Source: an uncultured Chloroflexia bacterium
GTDB taxonomy: Bacteria > Chloroflexota > Limnocylindria > Limnocylindrales > CSP1-4
DNA: 64,000 bases
Assembly: GCA_963749705.1 (NCBI GenBank)
Contig: CAVVNQ010000007.1
Span: forward strand, 9,591 to 73,590
Reading direction: 5' to 3'
Part shown: piece by piece, positions 1 through 7,830 of the stretch
Layout of the letters: the number at the start of each line of letters is the position of its first letter
How positions within the stretch are numbered: position 1 is the first letter of the stretch
Program-made: the position numbers and the translations under genes
The notes under the pieces: generated by a model
Told to the model about the DNA's origin: nothing
Seen by the model: the letters and a program-made list of their open reading frames with translations, nothing else
Databases searched by the model: none

Positions 1-92
1 GCCCCGAGTACCGGCTGGAGATGCTCCGGGTGCTGGCGCTGCGGGCGGTCGACGTCGCCTCCGCGCGGCTGGCCGGAGGCGCGCGGCCATGA
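1..92 (+). CDS. 3' end of FAD-binding medium subunit (CoxM/XdhB-like) of a molybdenum hydroxylase, truncated by the window edge
   Basis: Open frame from the edge (PEYRLEMLRVLALRAVDVASARLAGGARP) ends at TGA 90-92 in an ATGA overlap with the 2Fe-2S subunit start. Its position fits M-S-L subunit order. Only 30 aa are visible. Confidence 0.45.
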   Translation, partial: PEYRLEMLRVLALRAVDVASARLAGGARP

Positions 93-565
93 GCGACATG
101 CTGGCGATCTCGATCACGGTCAACGGGCGCCGGCGCGACGTCCGGATCGCCGCCCACCACACGCTCCTCGACGTGCTGCGCGACGACCTCGGGCTCACCG
201 GGTCCAAGGAGTGCTGCCTGGTCGGGGAGTGCGGCGCGTGCACGGTGATGCTCAACGGGCGGAGCGTCGATTCCTGCCTGGTGCTCGGCGCCGAGGCCGA
301 CGGCGGCGAGGTGCTGACGGTGGAGGGCCTGGCCGCCGCGGGCGGGCTGAGCGCCGTCCAGCAGGCATTCCTCGACCATGGCGCCGTGCAGTGCGGGTTC
401 TGCATCCCGGGCCAGCTGGTCGCGGCCCACGCGCTGCTGGCCGAGAACCCGCATCCCAGCCGGGCCGACGTCGAGGAGGGGCTGGCCGGCAACCTGTGCC
501 GGTGCGCGGGCTACCAGCAGATCATCGAGTCCGTGCTGGACGCCGCCGGTGAGGGCGGGCGATGA
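89..565 (+). CDS. [2Fe-2S]-binding small subunit of xanthine dehydrogenase/CO dehydrogenase-family molybdenum hydroxylase
   Basis: 158 aa. Plant-type ferredoxin Cys motif (KECCLVGECGACTV...SC) and second cluster motif (QCGFCIPG...NLCRCAGY) are typical of CoxS/XdhC-type small subunits. Confidence 0.9.
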   Translation: MSDMLAISITVNGRRRDVRIAAHHTLLDVLRDDLGLTGSKECCLVGECGACTVMLNGRSVDSCLVLGAEADGGEVLTVEGLAAAGGLSAVQQAFLDHGAVQCGFCIPGQLVAAHALLAENPHPSRADVEEGLAGNLCRCAGYQQIIESVLDAAGEGGR

Positions 566-2919
566 GCGCGCACGGCGGGCACGGCGGGCGCTCCGGGCGC
601 GGCGCTCCGGGCGCCGATGGCGAGTCCGCGACCAGCGCCCGTTCGGCGCACGGCGTCGGCGGATCGCCGGCCAGGGTCGGCGGCTTCGACCGGGTGACCG
701 GCCGCCAGGCGTACGTCGCCGATCTCCACGTCGAGGACGCGCTCCACGTCAAGCTCGTGACCCTCGACTGCGCCCGTGCGCGGATCGACCGGATCGACGT
801 GTCCGAGGCGCTCCGCGTGCCCGGCGTCCGCCTGGTCATGACCGCGGCCGACCTGCCCCAGCCGATGCCTCGGTTCGGGCCCCAGCTCCGCGATCGGCCG
901 GTGCTCGCGGTGGGCGAGACCAAGTATCACGGCGAGCCCGTCGCGGCCGTCGCCGCCGAAACCAAGGATGCCGCCGAGGCCGCAGCGCGCCTCGTCCGCG
1001 TCGAGCACGAGGTCCTGCCGGCCGTGTTCTCGGTCGCCGCGGCGCTCGCCCCCGACGCCCCGCTCGTCCAGGACCCCGGGCTCCGCCCCGACGACCCGTT
1101 GCGGGACACCAACGTGCTCCGCGAGCACCACTACGGGTGGGGGGACGTCGATGCCGCGACGCCGGACGTCGTCGTCGAAGGGACGTATTCGTTCCCGATC
1201 GTGACCCAGTTCGCCATCGAGCCCCACGCCTTCATCGCCGCACCCGACGGCGACGGGATCGCGGTCTGGAGCTCGATCCAGCACCCCAGCTGGCTCCAGC
1301 GGGTGATCGCGGACCTGCTCCACCTGCCGCTGGCCAAGGTTCGCGTGCTGGCCCCCGATCCGGGCGGCGCCTTCGGCGGCAAGCAGCACGCGAAGCTCGA
1401 GCCGCTGGTCGCGTTCATGGCTCGAGCCGCGGGCCGGCCGGTCCGCCTCGTGCTCAGCCTCGAGGAGTCGTTCCAGGCGGTTCGGCGCGGCGCGTGCGAG
1501 GTCCACGTCCGGTCCGGCTTCCGCGCCGACGGCACGCTGGTGTCGCGCGAGATCCATGCCGACTACCTGATCGGCGCCTACGCGGACATCGCTGACCGGA
1601 CCGTGACCAAGGGCGGCTACACGGCCGCTGGGCCGTACCGGACGCCCAACGTCCGGATCGTGGCGCGCAGCGTCCTGTCGCATACCACGCCGTCGACGGC
1701 GTTCCGCGGGTTTGGCAATCCGCAGCAGATTTGGGCCGTGGAATCGAACATGGACGAGGCGGCCCGGGTGCTGGGCATCGATCCCGTGGCGCTCCGCCTG
1801 CGGAACTTCCCCGAGCGGGGGGAGACGTTCATCCCCGGCGACACGCCGGCCGACGGGCGGTGGGCCGAGACGCTCGAGCGGGCGGCCGCGATGCTGGACT
1901 GGGGCGGGCCGGTCGTGCCGGGTCGCGGGCGGGGCATCGCGGTCGGCCTCAAGTCCGGGCCCACCACCGGCCTGTCGTACTCGACCGTCCGCCTGCTCGC
2001 CGACGGCAGCGTCGTGGTCTACGCGGGAACCTCGGACATGGGCCAGGGTGCGCGCACGATCTTCGCCCAGATCGCCGCCCAGGAGCTCGGGGCGCCGATG
2101 GACTGGGTCACGGTCGTCATGGGCGACACGTCGACCGTCCCGTACGACCAGCAGACGTCGGCCAGCCGATCCTCGGTCCTGATGGGCAACGCCGTGCTGT
2201 TCGCGTGCCGCGACATCCAGGCGAGGCTGCGGGCGATGGCCGCGCGGCTCGAGGAGGTCGATGAGGCCGAGGTCGTGGTTGACGGCGGCGTGGTCGCGAT
2301 CGGCGGTCGCGAGCTGCCGATCCGGGACGTGTTGCGGCGCGGGCTGGGGCGCCTGGGCGGCGAGCTCATCGGCGTGGGCGAGATGCGCAAGGAGGCCGAC
2401 CCAGGGCATCCCCTCGGCGGGACGGCGGCGTTCTTCGAGTTCAACTGCACGGCCGTCGAGCTCGAGGTGGACCGGGATACCGGCGACATCGCGATCACGC
2501 GCCACGTGACCGTGTCCGACGTCGGCCGAGCGCTCAACCCGGCGCAGGTGCGCGGCCAGGACGAGGGCGCCGCCGTGATGGGCCTGGGGCACACGCTGAT
2601 GGAGCACATCATCTTCGACGACGCGGGCCGGATCCGGAACCTCGGCGCGATCGACTACCGGATCCCGACCAGCATGGACCTGCCGCACACCATCGACAGC
2701 GACATGATCGAGAACGGCGACGGACCCGGTCCGTACGGGGCCAAGGGCATGAGCGAGGGCGCGCTGCTGTGCGTGGCGCCCGCGGTCGCGGCGGCCGTCC
2801 GGGATGCCACGGGTGCGGTCATCCGGGACCTGCCGCTGACGCCCGAGCGCGTGTGGCGGGCGCTCCGCGATCTGCCGGCTGGCGCGGGCAGCGGCACGGG
2901 CGAGACCGGCCCGCGATGA
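562..2919 (+). CDS. Molybdopterin-binding large subunit of xanthine dehydrogenase/aldehyde oxidase family
   Basis: 785 aa. ATGA overlap with the small subunit. N-terminal a/b-hammerhead signature (RVTGRQAYVADL), GGAFGGK motif, and MGQG and GMSEGA motifs typical of the family. Confidence 0.9.
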   Translation: MSAHGGHGGRSGRGAPGADGESATSARSAHGVGGSPARVGGFDRVTGRQAYVADLHVEDALHVKLVTLDCARARIDRIDVSEALRVPGVRLVMTAADLPQPMPRFGPQLRDRPVLAVGETKYHGEPVAAVAAETKDAAEAAARLVRVEHEVLPAVFSVAAALAPDAPLVQDPGLRPDDPLRDTNVLREHHYGWGDVDAATPDVVVEGTYSFPIVTQFAIEPHAFIAAPDGDGIAVWSSIQHPSWLQRVIADLLHLPLAKVRVLAPDPGGAFGGKQHAKLEPLVAFMARAAGRPVRLVLSLEESFQAVRRGACEVHVRSGFRADGTLVSREIHADYLIGAYADIADRTVTKGGYTAAGPYRTPNVRIVARSVLSHTTPSTAFRGFGNPQQIWAVESNMDEAARVLGIDPVALRLRNFPERGETFIPGDTPADGRWAETLERAAAMLDWGGPVVPGRGRGIAVGLKSGPTTGLSYSTVRLLADGSVVVYAGTSDMGQGARTIFAQIAAQELGAPMDWVTVVMGDTSTVPYDQQTSASRSSVLMGNAVLFACRDIQARLRAMAARLEEVDEAEVVVDGGVVAIGGRELPIRDVLRRGLGRLGGELIGVGEMRKEADPGHPLGGTAAFFEFNCTAVELEVDRDTGDIAITRHVTVSDVGRALNPAQVRGQDEGAAVMGLGHTLMEHIIFDDAGRIRNLGAIDYRIPTSMDLPHTIDSDMIENGDGPGPYGAKGMSEGALLCVAPAVAAAVRDATGAVIRDLPLTPERVWRALRDLPAGAGSGTGETGPR

Positions 2920-5062
2920 CCCTGGCCTACCGCCTCGACCACCCGCACGGGCTCCCGCCCGATGAGGTCACTGCGCTGGTCGGCGGCAAGGCGGCCAACC
3001 TGGGGGTGATGGCCCGCGAGCTCGGCCTGCCGGTCCCGCCAGGCCTCACGATCACGACCGCCGCGTGCCGCGAATACCTCGCATCGGGCTGGCCGGCCGG
3101 CCTCGACGAGGAGCTTCGGGCGCGGATGGCGGACGTCGAGGCGGCGATCGGGCGGCGGTTCGGGGATCCGGCGGACCCGCTCCTCGTCAGCGTCCGGTCC
3201 GGGGCTCCGGTGTCGATGCCCGGCATGATGGACACGATCCTGGACCTCGGGTTGACCGACGCGACCACGGACGGCCTGGCGCGGGCGACCAACGACGATG
3301 CGTTCGCGCGCGACTGCCGGCGACGGTTCGAGGCGATGTTCCGCGAGATCGTGGGTCGGGAGGCCCGGACGAGCCGTGGGCCCAGCTGCGCCTCGCCGTG
3401 GAAGCGGTGTTCCGCTCGTGGAACAGCGATCGCGCGCGCGCCTACCGCCGGCGTGAGGGCATCCCTGACGACATCGGGACCGGGGTCACCGTCCAGGCGA
3501 TGGTGTTCGGCAATCGCGGCGCCAATTCGGCGACGGGCGTCGTGTTCACGCGCAACCCCGCCACGGGCGAGCCCGGGCTGTACGGCGACGTGATGTTCGG
3601 GGCCCAGGGCGAGGACGTCGTCGCGGGGACGCACGCGACCCAGCCGCTCGCGGTCCTCGACGAGCGCCTGCCGGCGGTCGGGCGAGAGCTTCGCGATCAC
3701 GCCGTGCGGCTCGAGCGCCACTTCCGCGACCTGTGCGACATCGAGTTCACGGTGGAGCAGGGGAGGCTGTGGCTGCTCCAGGTCCGGGTCGGCAAGCGGA
3801 GCCCGCGGGCCGCGCTGCGGATCGCGCTGGACATGGCCAGCGACGACGCGTTCCCGCTGACCCGGCGCGAGGCCGTCGAACGGGTGGCCGCGATCCTCGC
3901 CGATCCGCCGCGCGTCGCCTCACAACGGGATCCCGGCGCGACCTCGATCGGCACCGGCCTCGGGGCATCGCCGGGCGTCGCGAGCGGCGACATCGTGACC
4001 AGCCCGGAGGCGGCCGTCCGGCTCGCCGACGCCGGGGGTTCGCCGATCCTCGTGCGCGCCGAGACATCCCCGGACGACGTCCACGGCATGGCGCGCGCCG
4101 CGGGCATCCTGACCGCGCGCGGCGGGCTGGCCAGCCACGCCGCCGTGGTCGCGCGTGGGTGGGGGATCCCGGCCGTGGTCGGCGCGCGCGACATCGAGGT
4201 GCTCGATGGCGAGGTCCGCTTCCCCGGGCTCACGCTGCATGCCGGCGATGCGATCACCATCGACGGCGACACCGGCGAGGTGTTCGAAGGGGCGATCGCC
4301 GCGGCCTCCGCCATCGCGCCGGAGGCCGGGACGCTGCTGGATTGGGCGCGCGAGCTGGGGATCGCGATCGGCGCGGTCTCGGGTGGCCCATCGTCGGGGG
4401 GCGAGCAGACGACGCCCGCCGATCAGGCGCCGGACGGCGCCGCGCCGACCCTCGACGACTGCACGCACCTGCTCCGGCTCAAGGGCGTTGCCACCACGGG
4501 GGCGCTCGCCGACGCGCTCCGGGTGCCGGCGGACTCGGTCCAGCCGCTGCTGGACCGGCTCGTCGACGAGGGGCTCGCCGGCACGGTCGCCGGCGCATTC
4601 CGGCTCACCGAGCCAGGCCGGGAACGCGGCGGGGCGCTGCTGTCCGCGGAGCAGGCCGCGCTCGGCATCGAGACCGCCGGCGCGTCGCTCGATGCCTTCC
4701 TCGCGCTCGACCAGCGCGTCAAGGCGGCCGTCACCGACTGGCAGATGCGGCCGACCGACGGCGACCCGGTCATCAACGACCATGCCGACCCCGCGTACGA
4801 CGCCGCCGTCCTCGGCCGGCTGGCGGCGATCCACGCGGACACGGTCGCGTGGCTGGCACCGCTCGAGCCCCGCTGGCCGCGCGCGCAGGGCTATCGACGC
4901 CGGCTGGCCGCTGCCATCGAGCTGGCGCTGGCGGGGGATGCGCGGTACGTGGCCTCGCCCCGTGTCGACAGCTACCACGGTGCATGGTTCGAGCTGCACG
5001 AGGACCTGATCCTGCTCGCGGGCCGCACCCGGGCGGACGAGGTGGCGGCGGGCCGAGCGTAG
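2916..5062 (+). pseudogene. PPDK/PEP-synthase-like phosphotransferase (ATP-grasp N-domain plus swivelling phospho-His domain) with a non-canonical C-terminal domain. Reading frame is broken near 3362-3368.
   Basis: Frame 0 from ATG 2916 (ATGA overlap with the XDH large subunit) gives GGKAANLG, SVRSGAPVSMPGMMDTILDLGL. Homology continues in another frame (ORF 3065..5062): EAVFRSWNSDRARAYRR, VTVQAMVFGN, VVFTRNPATGE, GEDVVAG, TSPDDVHGMARAAGILTARGGLASHAAVVARGWGIPAV. No PEP/pyruvate TIM-barrel motifs follow. The shift maps to the ggcccgg run. Confidence 0.75.
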
Positions 5063-5564
5063 GCCCGTCAGGCGCCGAAACCGGTTCAGCCGCAACGGCG
5101 GCTTTCCCCTCACCGCGTCCTACACTGCGACGGGCGATCTGACCGCCGACCCCGAGACCGGCACCACCGGATCCACCATCACCAGCACCTACGACCTCGC
5201 CCACCGGTTGACCTCGATCACCCCGGCCGGTGGTCCCACCACGACCCTCACGCTCGACGCCCTGGGCCGCCCGATGAACCGGACCACCGGCACATCGGTC
5301 GACACGTACAGCTACCTCGGCACATCGGACACCGTGGTCCGGATCGCCAACACCGGGGGCACAGGAGCCGTCACCGACTCGATCACCGATCCCGCCGGTG
5401 ATCGCCTGGGCACCAGGACCGGCTCCACGGTGGCCTGGCTCACCCCCGACCTCCATGGCTCGATCGCGGCCGGGCTCGCCCAGACGCCCTCCGCGGTGAC
5501 CGACGCCGAGGGGTCGTCTGATCAGCTGACCCACTTCCGTCGTGCGGAGTGCCTGGAATGGTAA
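5061..5564 (+). pseudogene. Internal fragment of an RHS/YD-repeat protein gene (relic with no start codon and no toxin tip)
   Basis: Frame open from 5010 with no in-frame ATG or GTG before TTG 5208. YD-repeat-like units are present (STYDLAHRLTSI, TLDALGRPMNRTTG, DTYSYLG, ITDPAGDRLG, PDLHGSI). Homology stops about 5515, where G+C drops. Confidence 0.6.
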
Positions 5565-5588
5565 GGGTGACTCTCTCGTATCGATAGA

Positions 5589-5617
5589 TTGACTCTTACT
5601 GGTCGGCGGCATATCGT
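5589..5617 (+). promoter_or_regulatory. Candidate sigma-70-type promoter giving a leaderless transcript for the NTase gene
   Basis: TTGACT (5589-5594), 17-nt spacer, TATCGT (5612-5617), then 6 nt to ATG 5624. No Shine-Dalgarno. Sits in a local AT-rich patch. Confidence 0.5.
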
Positions 5618-5623
5618 GCGGCA

Positions 5624-6214
5624 ATGGACACGATTGGGCGAGCGCAGCTCGAGACAGCGCTGGCCGCCCTCGGCGAGTTGCTCACGGCCCGTGGGCTCCG
5701 CTACGAGGTCGTGCTGGTCGGCGGCGGAAACCTCATCCTGCGCGAGCTGATCGCACGTCCGACCACGAAGGATCTCGACATCCTGGGAACGAGGACACCG
5801 GACGGCATCGTCCCCATCCGCCCGATGCCCGAACCGCTCCGCGAGGCCATCTTCGACGTAGGCCGAACGTTCGGGCTCGCGGACGACTGGCTTAACACCG
5901 GCCCCGACTCGCTCCTCGACCTCGGCCTGCCTGACGGGTTCGTCGACCGCCTCGAGCGCCGCGACTTCAGCGGGCTCGTGGCGTGGCTCGCGGGCCGGTT
6001 CGACATGGTCTGCTTCAAGCTCTACGCCGCCGTCGACCAAGGTCCGCGGAGCCGCCATTTCCAGGATCTCCGCGATTTGGGTCCGGACCGCGACGATCTC
6101 CTCTCGGCCGCCCGCTGGGCGAGGAGCCACGACCCGTCGCCCGGCTTCCGAAGCCTGCTGGTAGAGACGCTTCGGGCGCTCGGTGTGGAGGATGCCGATG
6201 CAGCGCTCGGCTAG
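5624..6214 (+). CDS. Minimal nucleotidyltransferase-fold protein (AbiEii/DUF6036-like)
   Basis: 196 aa. hGG-x(n)-DxD NTase signature (VLVGGGNLILRELIARPTTKDLDIL). Downstream K..A...R....D..D-like helix (FKLYAAVDQGPRSRHFQDLRDL), as in AbiEii-type NTases. Confidence 0.6.
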   Translation: MDTIGRAQLETALAALGELLTARGLRYEVVLVGGGNLILRELIARPTTKDLDILGTRTPDGIVPIRPMPEPLREAIFDVGRTFGLADDWLNTGPDSLLDLGLPDGFVDRLERRDFSGLVAWLAGRFDMVCFKLYAAVDQGPRSRHFQDLRDLGPDRDDLLSAARWARSHDPSPGFRSLLVETLRALGVEDADAALG

Positions 6215-6908
6215 CTCCCTCCAGGGAGCGCTCCTCAATCGCGCTTGGATCCAGTGGACCGCGCTCGGCGTCGACGCCACAGTCGAGCGCGACGATGCCG
6301 TAGTCGACCCCGAGGCGTTGATCGCGCTGACGGCCGAGCTCGGTGACGCCGACGCAAGACTGCGCGATCTCAGCACCGACTGGTGCGTCGCGTTTGGCCG
6401 GTACGTCAACGGATCTCGCCTCAAGCAGGTTGCGCGCGAGATCGGCACCCCGGACGACATGATCGGCGAGTACGTGGCCACGGTCGCGGCGTCCGGCGGG
6501 CCAGCCTGGCCAATGGGAACGCGTCCCCGGCCCGACTACGTCCGGCGCGATAAAGCCCGACTCGACTCCGCCGAATCCCGACCGCGCCTGCGCATCCGGC
6601 TTCGGGCAGCGTTCGGGGTAAACGCCCGGGCGGACATCCTGGCCGCGCTGTTGGCCACGTCGCCGGGCGGCGTCAACGCCGCCGATCTTGCACGCATCAC
6701 TCGGTTCACGAAGCCGAGCATCGCCTCCGCGCTCGATGCGCTGCTGTTGGCGGGACTCGTCACGGCGAGGGCCGTGGGGAATGAGCGACGTTTTGCCCTG
6801 CCACCGAAGAGTGCCGATCCTGCCGGGACTCCGGCCGCCGGTGTCGCAGTCGGATTGGGCTGCCACGTTCGCCGTGGCTCTCGAGGTCCTCCGATTGTCG
6901 GGCCGTGA
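6198..6908 (+). CDS. Winged-helix DNA-binding protein overlapping the NTase gene (putative partner/antitoxin-like). The 3' end is uncertain.
   Basis: ATG 6198 (alternatives 6183 or 6192) overlaps the NTase stop (6212-6214). wHTH-like segment ADLARITRFTKPSIASALDALLLAGLVTARAVGNERRFAL. After about 6800 this frame becomes G/P/R-rich and implausible. Confidence 0.5.
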   Translation: MQRSASSLQGALLNRAWIQWTALGVDATVERDDAVVDPEALIALTAELGDADARLRDLSTDWCVAFGRYVNGSRLKQVAREIGTPDDMIGEYVATVAASGGPAWPMGTRPRPDYVRRDKARLDSAESRPRLRIRLRAAFGVNARADILAALLATSPGGVNAADLARITRFTKPSIASALDALLLAGLVTARAVGNERRFALPPKSADPAGTPAAGVAVGLGCHVRRGSRGPPIVGP

Positions 6909-7092
6909 CGACATGTCGACGACCGTCCGTGCCATCGAGGCCCGGCGATTGATCGGTCGGCTGGCCGATCGGATCTCGACCGAGCGCATGCCTTTCCCGC
7001 CTCTGGACGCAGTGGGGGACGAGTTCCTGATGGCCTTTGATCGGTGGATCGCCTACCTCGTGGATTGGCTACGCGCGCCGAGTCGGGAGTAG
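6781..7092 (+). CDS. Uncertain: either a +1-frame continuation of the wHTH gene (frameshift) or a separate small ORF
   Basis: From about 6841 this frame reads protein-like (SDWAATFAVALEVLRLSGRDDMSTTVRAIEARRLIGRLADRISTERMPFPPLDAVGDEFLMAFDRWIAYLVDWL), while the 6198 frame degenerates. Confidence 0.3.
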   Translation: MSDVLPCHRRVPILPGLRPPVSQSDWAATFAVALEVLRLSGRDDMSTTVRAIEARRLIGRLADRISTERMPFPPLDAVGDEFLMAFDRWIAYLVDWLRAPSRE

Positions 7093-7126
7093 ACGTAAGC
7101 GATTCGGGTGAAGCGTGGGGAGCGGT

Positions 7127-7132
7127 TATACT
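7127..7132 (+). promoter_or_regulatory. Candidate -10 box (TATACT) giving a leaderless antitoxin-toxin transcript
   Basis: TATACT lies 6 nt upstream of ATG 7139. No SD. AT-rich patch. I could not recognise a -35 element. Confidence 0.4.
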
Positions 7133-7138
7133 ATTGGT

Positions 7139-7378
7139 ATGAAGACTGCCGTCTCGGTGCCTGACGACCTGTTCGCCCAGGTGGACCGCCTCGCGAAGCG
7201 CTCGCGCCGCTCGCGCAGCGAGGTGTACAGCGCGGCCCTGCGCGAGTACCTGGCCCGCCACGCGCCCGACGAGGTGACCGCGAGCCTCGACGCCGTCATC
7301 GCGGACCTCGGCGAGCCCGGCGCGGACTCGTTCGCCGCCGCGGCCGCCCGCCGCGCGCTCGCCTCGGCTGAGTGGTGA
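7139..7378 (+). CDS. Ribbon-helix-helix (CopG/MetJ-type) antitoxin
   Basis: MKTAVSVPDDLFAQVDRLAKRSRRSRSEVYSAALREYL is a typical RHH N-terminus. Its stop overlaps the GTG start of the MazF-like gene. Confidence 0.8.
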   Translation: MKTAVSVPDDLFAQVDRLAKRSRRSRSEVYSAALREYLARHAPDEVTASLDAVIADLGEPGADSFAAAAARRALASAEW

Positions 7379-7809
7379 TCGCCGAGGGCGAGGTCTGGTG
7401 GGCGGACCTCGGCGAGCCGGCGGGGTCTGAGCCCGGGTTCCGCCGCCCGGTGGTCGTGGTCCAGGGCAACGCCTTCAACGCGAGCTCGCTGCGGACCGTC
7501 GTCTGCGTCGTGCTGACGAGCAACGTCAAGTGGGCCGAGGCTCCGGGAAACGTGTCGCTGCCAGCCCGCGCAACCGGCCTGCCGAAGCCGTCGGTCGCCA
7601 ACGTATCGCAAGTCGTGACCCTCGACCGCCAGGCGCTCACGGAACGGGTGGGCCGCCTCTCGGCGTCGAACCTCGAACTCGTCCTGGCCGGCATCGACGT
7701 GGTGCTCGGCCGCGGCTACCCGTACTGGGGGCCGTCTGGCCCTCCGACGAACCCGCTCGGCGCGGCTACCATCGCCGTCGTGGACGCGTCCCCAACGGGC
7801 CACGGCTGA
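7372..7809 (+). CDS. mazF: MazF/PemK-family endoribonuclease toxin with about 30 aa C-terminal extension
   Basis: GEVWWADLGEPAGSEPGFRRPVVVVQ...VCVVLTSN...ANVSQVVTLDRQ matches the PemK/MazF core. Overlaps the upstream RHH gene. Confidence 0.85.
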   Translation: MVIAEGEVWWADLGEPAGSEPGFRRPVVVVQGNAFNASSLRTVVCVVLTSNVKWAEAPGNVSLPARATGLPKPSVANVSQVVTLDRQALTERVGRLSASNLELVLAGIDVVLGRGYPYWGPSGPPTNPLGAATIAVVDASPTGHG

Positions 7810-7830
7810 TGCCCGATTCGGAGGACGCGG

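Noticed and set aside
511-2688. 725-aa ORF antisense to the XDH large-subunit gene. Similar long antisense or off-frame ORFs occur at 7126..8766(-), 20297..22522(+), 32698..35385(-), 51354..54782(-) and 60278..61930(-).
   Set aside because: Their translations are Arg/Pro/Gly/Asp-rich low-complexity text with no motifs. The opposite or alternate frame carries clear family signatures. This is the typical stop-codon-poor artefact of high-GC DNA.
3362-3368. Programmed ribosomal frameshifting in the PPDK-like gene
   Set aside because: There is no slippery heptamer or downstream structure evident. A single-base indel in a C/G run is the simpler explanation, and two other genes in the window show similar breaks.
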